Shown here in pieces: positions 27,201 through 39,200 of a stretch of 64,000 nucleotides of DNA (positions within the stretch are counted from its first letter, which is position 1; each line of letters opens with the position of its first letter). The DNA comes from Flectonema sp. DT1601 (lineage: Eukaryota): positions 124,001 to 188,000 of the forward strand of contig OZ025789.1 in NCBI GenBank assembly GCA_964019425.1, in the 5' to 3' direction. The notes beneath the pieces were generated by a model, which saw nothing but the letters and a program-made list of their open reading frames with translations, ran no database searches and had not been told where the DNA came from. A program made the position numbers and the translations under genes.

Positions 27201-30200
27201 CTTCGCAATCGAGAAGTCGCTCGACGGCGGCGGGCACACGCATCTCCAATCGTCGGTGCTGTTCACCGAAGTGTTCGGATCGAAGCAAGTCTGCTGGCAG
27301 TCCAGGCTTCCCGCCCGACAGTCTACCGTGCACTTGAACCCGTTCGTGTCGCACTCGTCCTCCTCACATTTGGCAGGCTTCCCAGTCGCCACGTTCGACG
27401 ACGGAGGTGGGCACTTGCAGAGCCAGTCATTCGTCGACTGCAAAGTCATCTTGGGGTCCTCGCACTCCTGTCCGGCATCAGAGCAAGTGCTTCCCGCGCA
27501 AGTAGGGCACGTCTGCACGCACTCGTCGAGAACACACTTCGCCTGCTGCGTTATCGCGATCCCGACTGACGGTGGCGGACACATGCATTCCCAGTCGTGC
27601 AACTTCGCGGCGTTCGGGTCCCGACACGTCTGCCCGACTGCTCTACACGTAGCTCCGTTCTCAACACACTCGTCGACTTCGCAAGTCGCCACCGGAGCTC
27701 CGGTCATCACCCCCGAGGTCGGCGGCGGGCACTCGCACTTGAAGTCCTTCTGCGGAGGACACGTCTTCACGCTGTCGAAACAAGTCTGTCCAGCCACCAA
27801 GCAAATCGTATTGTTTCGGCACTCGTCGCACACGCAGTCCGCCTGCTTTGCCGTTGCCACTCCCCTCCCTGGGTCGACGCACGTGCACATCCAGTCAGAG
27901 ACCGAGTCAACCGACTTGTTCGGATCCTCGCACGTTTGCCCAACGCTGGTGCACGTGTGCGAGCCACCCTGTTGCGTCTGCGCACAGGTCGAGCACACGG
28001 CCACGCACTCGTCCAACTGGCACTTGGCAGGAGCCGCCACCGCAGGGGTTCCCACCTGCGGTGGCACGCATTCACAGGTCCAGTCCCCGAGGTCCGTGTG
28101 CGACTGCTTGTTGTCCACGCACAGCTGTCCCTCCGCCGAGCACACGTTGGTCGGGCTGGTGTCGGTTTGCGCGCAGGTAGGGCAGGTCACGACGCACTCG
28201 TCCAACAAGCAGTCGGTCGGCGTTCCCAAAGTCACGTTTGTTCCGATTGCCGGTGGGGCGCACATGCATACCCAGTTTCCATCAACCATCGGGTTTGGGT
28301 CGTCGCACACGAACCCGAGATCCGTGCACTTCTTCTTCGCATCATCATCGGTGTTGCATTCTCCCGGATACTCGCAGTGCGCAGGAACCTGTTGCCCGCG
28401 TACCGCCGCAACCGCAGGAGGAACCACGCACACGCACTCCCAGGTTCCCCTCGTCTTCTTGTCGTCGTCAACGCAGACCTGTCCAGCTGCGGTGCACACC
28501 TTCTCGTTCTTTGGGTCGTGGCACTCGTCGTCTTCACACGGCGTTGCAGCTGCGGCAATCGCGATGTCCGTCGCCGGAGGCGGACATTTGCACACCCAAT
28601 CCGACAGCGAGGTCGCGTCGTGGTTCGGGTCGTGGCAGGTCTGGTTCTGGCTCGAACACGTGTCGTTCGCACACGTGGCGCACACCTTCAGACACTCGTC
28701 GATATTGCAGTGCGCAGGTGCCGCGTGACCTAACCCTGTCATGGGAGGGATGCACTCGCATGTCCAATCTCCAGTCGAGGAAGCGGTCTTATCCGGATCG
28801 TGGCATTTCTGCTCGCCGGTTGTCGCAGTCTTGCAGACGTCCTTCTCGCAAGTCGGGCAGTCCTTCTCGCACTCATCCAGCAAGCAGATCGCTGGTCCCG
28901 CGGTCATCGTTCCGTTTGTCGGCGGAAGGCACTCGCACTTCCAGTCTCCCTGCTGATTAAAGTTTGGATCGACGCACCGCTGCCCGACGTTCGCGCAGAT
29001 GTCCCCGTGGAGCGTGCACTCGTCAACTTTACAGTCTGCACGACCCCCGACGTTCGTCTTGTTCGAAGGCGGCGGGCAGATGCACATCCAGTCTCCCTTC
29101 GAAGCGGCGTTCATGTTTGGGTCGAGGCAAGTCTGATTCTTGCACGTGTCTTGCTGGACCACACACTCGTCGATCTTGCAGTCCGCCGCTGCCGCCGTCG
29201 CCTTTCCAGTCGATGGTGGAGGGCACGTGCACGTCCAGTCGCTGTGGTGCGTCATCGTCGGGTTCGGGTCATTGCAAGTCTGCCCCACGCTCGTGCACGT
29301 GTCGTTCGCACACGTTGGGCAGGTCGCCACGCACTCGTCGAGCCTGCAGTTCGCCGGCAGCTGCGAAGGCTGCGCCCCCGAAGGGAAGATCGTCGTCGGC
29401 GGGATGCAGTCACACACGTAGTCGTCTGGCGAACACGGATCCTTGTTCGGATCGCTGCAGCTCTGTCCAACCGCCGTGCACCCAACTCCCTTGGTCTTGC
29501 ACTCATCGTAGATGCACTTGTTGCTTTCCCACGTGCATCTCGCGTCAGCGTTGCACTGCTGCTCGTTGTACTGCGGGTCATTCGTAACGAACTTACATGG
29601 ACAGGTCGGGTCCTCGGCCTTCGAGCACGTCGCGTTCTGCGAGTTCCAAGTGCAGTTGTTTCCCTTGTCGTTCCTGCAATCCGGTTCCAGACAGTGCATC
29701 AAGCATGGCGAGTTCACGCACAGCCCACCGACATCCGACCACACGCACCCCGCGTCCTGGGAGCACGGCGTCTCCGTCACGTAGTCCGGGCAAGGGTGGT
29801 GCACCCCGGTCGTCGGCTTTGGAGGGTCCTTCACGATCAAGTGTCCCCACGGACCGTTCGGGTCGCAGATCGATCCAATCAGGTCTGGGATGTCGTCGAT
29901 CATCAGGTTGCGGAAGTGCTCGTCATGCGGGTTCGATGTGATCGGCTTCAGGGTCTTCTCGGCGTTACGGTCGTCTGGTGTGTGCTGATCCTTCTTCCTC
30001 ACAACGATACCAAAAGTCTGCACACCCTCACGGTCGAGCTCAGCGCGAGCAGGTGCCAGCAACTGCCCATCGAAGATCTCACCGTCGGTGAAGATGAACA
30101 GGACGCGCTGCCTTCCGTCCACCGGTGAACCGTGGAAGATGTCCCCGACCATTACCAGCGCCTTCTCAATCATCGTTCCCTTCCTGTAGTAGTTGTTCTC

Positions 30201-33200
30201 GTGGAAGTCGAGGTCCGCGTCCAGCTCCCCCAGCACCCCGGACAGCCTTCCGTTGGTCGTCCTGGCACCCGACGCCGTCTTCGCTTCGCTGCGGCGGTAG
30301 TTCTTCCCAGAGAACTGCACGAAGGCGACACGCACCCCGCCATTGTTCGCTGCCGAGTTCAGCCCGACAGACGCGTCCTCGCCGTTCAGCGGTAGCTTCC
30401 CGACCCAATCCCTCATCATCTCTACCAGCGCGTAGAACCCGTGCGGATGGCTCCCGAAGGTCGATGCCATCGATCCCGATCCGTCGAGGATCACTGCGAT
30501 GTCGAGAGTTGGGCACTCTCCGAACTCAATCGCCACGCACTGCCCCTGACCGTTCAACCCCGCTCCCGGTTTCCAGTAGCACTTCGAGTTCTTGTCGCAA
30601 GGACAGCGGGTCGGGTACTTGCTGCAGTCGAGGTCCCTGCACGTTCTCCTCGCATCGTCCCACATGCAATCAGTTTCGTTGTTGCACGTGTCCTTGACCC
30701 CGATCTTCGGACACTTCTTGTCCCCACACACCGGAGGGGTCACAGTGATGTCCCACTTGCATGCATCCTTGTGGTCGCAGCATCTTTCGTCGAGGTATTT
30801 CGCGCACAAGTTCTCCTTGCAGCTACCGACGACCCCGGTGGCGTCCCACGAGCAGCGCGAATCCGCCGTGCACTCTCCCGCGTTCGTGTGCTTGCACAGG
30901 ACCTCCTTGCACGACGACCTCGTGCCGTTGCAGGCGTCCGCCGACCACGCGCAGTTCGGATCCGTCTCGCAGGTAGTCTTATCCGGGTGCTGGCACTTCT
31001 TCTCCACGCACTGGTCCTTCCCCTGCACGTTGATCCACTCGCAGCTGTCGGGGTCGTCCAAGCAGTCCTGGATGTTGGTGTTCGGCGTGCACTTCTCCTT
31101 CTGGCACTTCGGGTCCTTAACGTTGTCCCACACGCACTTCTCTGGCGACTTCACGCACTCGGCAATCGTGGTGTACGCGCATTCAGTCTTCTTCCAACAA
31201 TCCCCAGTCGTCGAGTTCCACGCACACAGGTTCACCGTGTCGGCCGTGCACGTAGGATCGTCACAGTGCGCTGTGCACGGGGAGTCGGCGCAAGCCGTCG
31301 ATGCCGTGTCCCACACGCACCCGGCGTCCTGCGTACAATCGTGCGTGCCGGTGTAGTGATCGCACGGCCTGTGCACCCCACTCTGCCCAGGTGCGTTCGT
31401 CGACGACACAATCAAGTGTCCCCACACTCCGTTCGGATCGCAGATGTCCGCGAACACCTGCGACGCCACCTCGTCGATCTGCAAGTTCTGGAAGTGGTCA
31501 TCGTGTGGGTCTGACGTGATTGGCTTCAGCGTTTTCTCGGCATCAGTGTCGGCAGGCGTGTGTACGGATTGGCGACGCAGCACGATACCAAAGGTCTGCA
31601 CCTGCTCCTGGTTCAGTACCTGTCTTGCCGAGTCCAGCACATCCGGGTCGAAGATCTTTCCGTCGGTGACGATGATCAGAATTCTCTTCCTCGAGCTCAC
31701 CTTGTGCGAACGATCGAACATGTCACCGACCATTTCAAGACCCAGCTGGATCATCGTACCCTTTCCGAGGTAGTTGTTCTCATGCCAGTCAAGGTCGTCG
31801 TTAATCTCACTTTCGAGACCACTGAGATGTCCTCCAGTGCCAGTATTTCCGCTAGTTTCGATGGCGTTGGTGCTTCCCGGAGACCACGGCCAAGGCTGTC
31901 CGCGATTCTTCCCAGAGAATTGCACGAAACCGAGACGCACACCTCCCGTCAACGGACCTCCCGGCGTAGGCGACGCCGCCGGCTCCCCAGTCAGCGGAAG
32001 GGTCTTCACCCAATCACGGAGAATCTCGACCAAAGCGTAGAACCCGTGCGGGTGACGTCCGAAGTTCTTCGACATTGATCCCGAACCGTCGAGCAGCAGG
32101 ATGATGTCCATCACAGGGCACTCCCCATATTTCTTGTCAGCGCACTTCACACCACTCCAGAAGCAGTCTGGATCTTTCTTACACGCGCATTCTTCCATCT
32201 TGTTGCACACCTTGTCCACACACTCATTCGTCGTGCTGTTCCACATGCATAATCCGTCGCCATTACATGGGTCTACGTGTGCGGTAGTCGGGTACGTCGA
32301 TGGGCAGTACTTTTGCTTGCACACCGCAGGCGCCTGGCTGACATCCCAGTGACAGCTGTCGTCGTGGTCACAGCACTTTTCATCCGGGTAGTTTACGCAC
32401 GGAGCAGGCTCGCAAGACAGCTGCTGGCTCCACACGCAGTAGATGTCCGCCTGGCAACCTGCCTGATTCTTGTGGCTGTCGAGGGTGCACCTCTTCGGAA
32501 CACACTTCTGGTCCACCGGGTCTGCGCACACGTCGTCCCAAGTGCAGGCCGGATCAGCTACGCACTCGGTTTTGTTGTAGTAGCAAGGCGTTTTTACGCA
32601 GTCTGGCGGTCGCAGGCTTGTGTCCCACATGCACTTCTCTCCGAGATTCACGCAAGCATCCTCCGTTGTTGCATCGCACTCCGGCTCGAAGCAAGCAGGG
32701 TCCTTCGCCTGATCCCATTGGCACTTGTTTGACTTGCAGTCCGGCTGGTTCTGGAAGTCTTTGCACACAGCCTTCTCGCACTCGGAGGTTGCGCTCCACA
32801 AGCATTTGTTCGTCGGATCGGTTGTGCAATTTTTCTCGTTACAGTGCGAGAAGCAAGGGTGGTCCTCACATTTTAGGCTGATGGAATTCCACTGGCACGT
32901 TTTCTCCGCGTCGCAACTCACCAACGCTCCAATTTGGCTGCAAGTTGTCACCTGTGGAGTCGAAGATCCCTGCGTGATGTACGTTCCGAACGGGCTGTTT
33001 GGATCACAGAAACCGTCCATAATCGAAAGTGCTTCGTCCACTTGCAGTGAAAGGGCGTGTGTTTCTTTAGGGTTGGAAACAATCTCCTTCAACGTCACCA
33101 AGTTCGCCATGTCACGTGCGGTCGCGCTCGCTCGGCGTCTAAGGAGGATCCCGAATACCTTTACTCCCTCCGCTGCCAATACCCGACCGGCAGGTCCAAG

Positions 33201-36200
33201 CTCATCCTTGTCCATGATCCTTCCATCGGTGATGATCAGCAGCACCTTCTGTCTATGCGCCGGTGATTCCTTGAAGATCTCACCTGCCCACTCCTCCGCC
33301 TCCTTCACCTTCGTCTTGCACCGGAGAGCTTCTCCCTCGTACCAGTCGAGGTCCCCAAGGAGCTGGCTCCTGTCACCGGTCAACTTTCCGCACGTGTCAG
33401 CCACAGCCGGAGTCGTTCCCGGAATGATACTCAGCGTTGGGATACCGTCTCCCTTCGTCACCCCATTCTTAGGATTGCATGAGCACGTAGGGCACTGCGC
33501 AACGCGAACTCCTGTGTCCCACGAGTTGAAGGCCACACGAAGCTTTCCTCCCTTGACGTCCGAGCTGATCCCCTTGGTCGAATCCTCGCCGGTCAGGGGA
33601 ACCTTCTGTACCCAGTCCCTCATCACCTCCATCAGAGCATCAAACCCGCTAGGGTGACGCCCGAATGTCTTGTCCATCGAGCACGATGCGTCAAACGACA
33701 CCACCACGTCGAGGTCGGGGCAGCTCGAGTACTTCTGATCCACACAAACTATAGGGCTCACCGACCTGTCGACGATGCAGCGAGGGTCCTCCGTGCACAG
33801 ACACACCATGTCCTTAGCATCGAACAGCGCCGGTTTGTTGTAGTCACTGCACAACTTGTCCACGCATTTGTTCGCAGCATCATCCCACCTGCACAATCCC
33901 TTCTGGTCAGTGTTGCAGCTGTCCTTGCCCGTGTGCTTGTCGAAGCAGTACTTCTCCACACACAACCCACACCCAACAGCGTCCCAGTCACAGTCCGTGT
34001 CACGGCTGCACGTCACCTCGTCAGCGTGTTTGTAGCACTTCGTCTCAGCACAAGCCGCACCGTCCCAGTTGCACGCGGTATCCGCGAGGCACTCCGCCTG
34101 AATCGTCCCCGTGCAGCGCTTCTTGTGGCACAGCGGGTTCGCCCCGTCCCCCCACTCACATTCAGGATCCCGACTGTTCTCACATGAGCCCTGGTCGGTA
34201 AACTGACAAACCTTGTTGATGCACGAGTCGCTCACGCAGTCCCAGTCGCACAACCCGCTCGGGTCAGCCAAGCACTTCTGCTCATCCTTGGTCTGGGTGC
34301 AGTCCGGCACCGTCGGGTTGCAGGTGCCAGTCGAATAATCCCACTTGCACTTGTCGTCGGCGTTGCAGGGCCCAGGCGCGAAGTGTTGGCATTTCTTTGG
34401 ATCACACTCTGCCGGCACCTTCGTTGTGTTCCAGTCGCACAGATCGTCCTGAACGCAATCCTGCTGCTTTGGGTACTCGCAAACCTCGCGCTGGCACTTG
34501 TCCTGGTCCCAGAAGCATCCAGTTGCCCTATCACACTCCGGCTTGAGGCAGTGCTTCTCGCATTCAGTCGTCACACACATTCCGTTCGCCGTGTTCCGCG
34601 CTCCCGCCGTGCAAGTCACCGACCCTCCGGCGAGCATGCAATTCTCGCAAACGAATCCGGAAGCCTTCTGCGTCGCCGAAAGCTCCAAGCAGTTCAGGTT
34701 CAGGCACCCATCGGCCGCAGCACACTTCTGGGGAACCTGGTCCTGCCAGTCGCATGCCTGGTCCGCACGGCACTCCAGCTTCACTCCCCACTTCGAACAC
34801 GGGACAGAAGCACCGGTCGCCGGCGGTGTCGTTGAGCCTCCCCCCTGGTTCTGGTGCGCCTGGATTGCTGCCCCAAAGCGGCCAGCAGGGTCGCAGAAGT
34901 CCTTGAACACCTCCTCCAACATGTCGTCCAGCGGAACGTTCACAAAGTGGTCATCGTGCGGATCCGAAGTGATCGGCTTCAGGGTTTTTTCCGCATCCAA
35001 GTCAGCATCCGTGTGTGCAGCACTCTTGCGTACCACTACACCGAAAGTGATCACATCCATCGCATCCAAGTTCTGTCGGATCTGTGGGATCTCGACACTG
35101 CTCTGCGGCTCCTTCGGGTTCATCGCCCCGTCGGTGATGACGATCAGAACGTGCTGTCTGTGCGATGGCGATCCCTGGAACACGTGCACTGCATCCTCCA
35201 ACGCCTTTGCCATGTAGGTTACCGACCCCATGTAGTTCGTCTCGTGCCAGTCCAGGTCGACGTCCAGCTCGCTGCGTTTCCCACTGAGCTCTCCATCAGT
35301 GCACGTACCTCTGGGAACAGGATCCCTGCACCTCCTGCTCTGGGTGCACCCCTGGTTGTTGTTCCTGCACACCCAGTACTCGTCAGTTCTCGAGAACTGC
35401 ACGAACGCGAGACGGAAGGTTCCTCCGACCACCGTCGATCTATTCCCGACCGTGTGATCCTCCCCCGTCAGCGGAAGGGTCTGCATCCAGTCGCGCAGCA
35501 TCTCCACCATTCCAAAGTATCCGTGAGGGTGGTTCCCAAAAGTTCCGCTCATCGAGCCAGATCCGTCCAGCACGAACACTACGTCGAGGTCGGGACAAGC
35601 CGACACGTGCACATCCCTGCACTTCGGGCTGGCCGTTGAATCCCAGTAGCAGTTCGGTTGCTTCGTGCACTCGCAGTTCTTCAGGAAATCGCTGCACTTC
35701 GCCGTCTCACAGTAGTCTCCTTTGGAGTCTGTTCCCTTCTTGCAGTTCGGGTCGCTCTCGCAGCTATCCGCCACCTTGCTCGCAGGCGGGTAGTTCGCGT
35801 TGTGCGCCACCGTGCAAACCGTCGGTTGGCACGATGCAGGCGCCGTTGTGGTGTTCCAGTGGCAGCGCGGGTCGTGGTCACAACCAACAATGTCGTTTCC
35901 GAAGCTTGGGCAGTAGTCTGTCACGCACGGAGTCGTTCCGTCCCACACACAAAGCGGATCCTGGTTGCAATTGTTCTGGTTCGTATGCACCTTGCACTTG
36001 TCTACTTCGCACTGATTGCTTTTGGTGTTCCACTTGCAGTTCTCGCACCCAGCTGCGTCGCAAGACTGCTGGGCAGTGTACGAACACAGTTTCTCTGAAC
36101 AAGCTCCGTTCTTCCATTCACAATTCGAGTCCACTCCGCAAGTCCCCGGGATCGTGTACTGACACCGGCTGTCACGGCACTCAGTTGGCAACGAGCAGTT

Positions 36201-39200
36201 GTACACACACTGCGGGTCCGCGAGGCAGTCTGCTTGCAACTTCCCATCACACGTCGGGACCTGCAAGCACACAGGTGGGTCAACTCCCGTGTCCCACAAG
36301 CATTCCGTCTTGTTCAGGCACGCTTCTCTCACGAACACAGCGGCGCACGGCTTCTTCGAACAATCCCTAGTGTTGTCGTCCCACATGCACAGCGAGTCCG
36401 CGTCTCCCTCGCAGTTGGTCTTGTCGGTGTGCTCGCACACTTTCCTCGTGCACTCCTTCGGCGTTCCCGACCACGCGCATGCAGGGTCCTTGTCACAGCA
36501 ATCTTTCTCGCAGCAGTCCTTGCAGTGCGTCGTTCCGCAGGTCCCGTCGATCGCTGACACCACTCCAGCACCGCAGATGACCGTCGCCCGCTGCAGCTTG
36601 CAGTTCGCACACCGGAACAGCCCCGTGTACTGGCTCGGAACCGCTTGGCAATTCAACTCAGGACATCCGGTCGGCGAGTCGCAAGTGCGGAGCTTCGGCT
36701 GCTTCCACTCACAGTACTTGTCGGCGTTGCACTCGTCTTTGAATCCCCATGTTGCGCATGGGAAGTGCGTGCTGTCCACAGGTGGGATGAGAGACCTTCC
36801 AATCGGACTCGACGGGTCGCAGAAGACGTTCAGCAGTTGGCTCGGAATCTCATCGAGCTGCAGGTTCAAGAAATGCTCGTCCTTCGGGTCCGTAACCAGC
36901 GGCTTCAATCTCAGTTCCGCGTAGTCGTCTTGGTAGTTTTTGTCGGTAAACCTCCGCATAACCACACCAAATACCACCACTTTCTCCCGACGGAGGTCCT
37001 GCTGCGCCTTGTTGAGCATCCCAGGGTAGGTCGGCTGCCAGTTCTGGTCGCATCCGAACGGACACTGGTCACACGAGTTCCCGAAGCTGCACGCGTCTCC
37101 ATTGATGTCCGTCAGCCCTCCATCGGCGATGATCACTACAACCTGCTTCCTGCCTGGCGGCGAAACCAAGAATGTGTGGTCGGCCACGTCCTGGAGTGCG
37201 TCGTGGATGTAGGTCCAGTGACCCTGGTAGTTCGCCTCGTGCCAGTCGATATCCCCCATCAGCTCCTGCAGGTTACCAGACAGCAAACCGTCAGTGCACT
37301 GCCCGATCGCGCAATTCGTCGGGTGGTCTTCATCGGGGCGAGCGTTCGCCTTCGAGAACTGGATGAATGTGATACGGAAGGTTCCTCCCTTCACACTCGA
37401 TTGGGCCCCCACCGTGTGGTCCTCCCCCGTCAACGGCAAGGTCTTCACCCAGTCACGAAGCATCTCGAGAAGAGCGGTGTATCCGTGGGCGTGGCGTCCG
37501 AACGGCCTCCACATCGATCCCGAACCGTCGATTATGAAGGCGACATCCAGGTCCGGGCACTGAGCCAGCGAAGGGATCGCGCAGTGCGGGTTTTTCGGGT
37601 CCGTAGCAACCCACGTGCAGTCGGGGTCCTCGCTACACTTACACTCGTCCTTCGGGTTGTTGTACTTGTCGCACGTCTTCACAGCACAGTACGCAGGGTT
37701 CGCCTTCGTTTGCCACATGCACTTGTCGTCGTTCAGGCACGCCGTGTTCGAGTATCCTCCGCACGGGGTTTGTGTGCACACCGGCGGAGTACCTGTCGTG
37801 TCCCAGTGACACGCCGTGTCCGCGTTACACGAAACGTCATCCGGATGCTTCACGCAAGGCCTCTCCACACATTTGTCCAGCGCCGTGTCCCATTCACACT
37901 TGCCGTCGGCATTGCAGGTCGGGGCACTCACGTACAGGCAGATCTTCTCCGCGCAGTACTCAATCAGCGTCGACGGAGGACCGGCTGGTGGAGGAGTCTG
38001 TACCGGAACCCACTCGCATCCGTCTTCGGCATTGCAGGTTCCCTCCTTGGTGTGCAGACACTTTTTCGGATAGCACTTCGGGCTCTTGCTCGGGTCGTAC
38101 TCGCACACGCTCAGGAAACAGTAGTCTGGATCCCCAGCCGGCGGGCTACACGGCGCCCCCATCTGAACCGACACCGCTTCGCACGGCTGCTCGTCCTCGT
38201 GCACTCGGCAAGGGTTGTCGATGCACGTGTCCGTCGCCCACATCGCATCCCACAAGCAGTTGTCGTTAGCTTTGCAGTCCACCTGGTTCTTCCCAGTGCA
38301 TCCCGGTTCCTCCCGCTTGCAGTTCCCGTTGTCCCACTTGCATCCTGGGTGGGCCTTGCAGTCAGTCTCTGAACACAAAGGGTAGCAATCTGACTGAGTG
38401 CACGACGGCGAGATCGAAGAATCCCACTTGCAGTCCAAGTCAGCCATACAATCCGTCTCGCTTCCCTTCGACGCGCATCCTAACGGCACCGTCACCGTAT
38501 TGACGGCAATTCCCCTTCCAAAAACGCTTTTCGGATCGCAAATCTGGTCCAGCACCTGTTCCTTGAAGTGGTCGAGATCAACGTTGAGGAAGTGCTCATC
38601 CTGCGGGTCAGACACTAACGGCTTCAGCTTCGCCTCCGCCCGAAGGTCCTGTCTCGTGTGTCCGGTCGCTTTCCTCACAACGATACCGAAAATCTGCGCA
38701 TTGTATTTCGTTTTCAAGTCGTCCTCCGCCGCCCGTACGTCGCTGTCCTGATCGTGTAGAGCCCCATCAGTGATGATCATCACAATCTTCTTCCTCGTCG
38801 AACCGTCGCGTCCGAAAATCGAATCCACCTCCCGCAACGCGGGTTCCAAGATCGTCTTCCCTTGACTCCATCTCCTGCAGAAAAAGTTCTCGTGGAAGGT
38901 CACGTCCTTGGAAAGGGCGGCGTAGTTTCCGGACAAAGGAGCTCCTCCTCCAGTCGTTCCCGAAACAGGCACCCAAGCCTTGCAGTTCACGAACCCGGCA
39001 GGCGGCGTGTCTTGCGCCGTCTGCGAATCCCCAGGCTTCCCGAACTGCACCATCGACGCGCGAATTCCGTACGTAGAGGTCGACGACGGTGCCAACTCCG
39101 CCGCGTGCAGGAAGTCCCTCATCTCCTCCATCATTCCGTAAAACCCGACCGCGTGTGACCCGAACCTCGCGCTCATCGAACCAGACCCGTCGAGCAGGAA

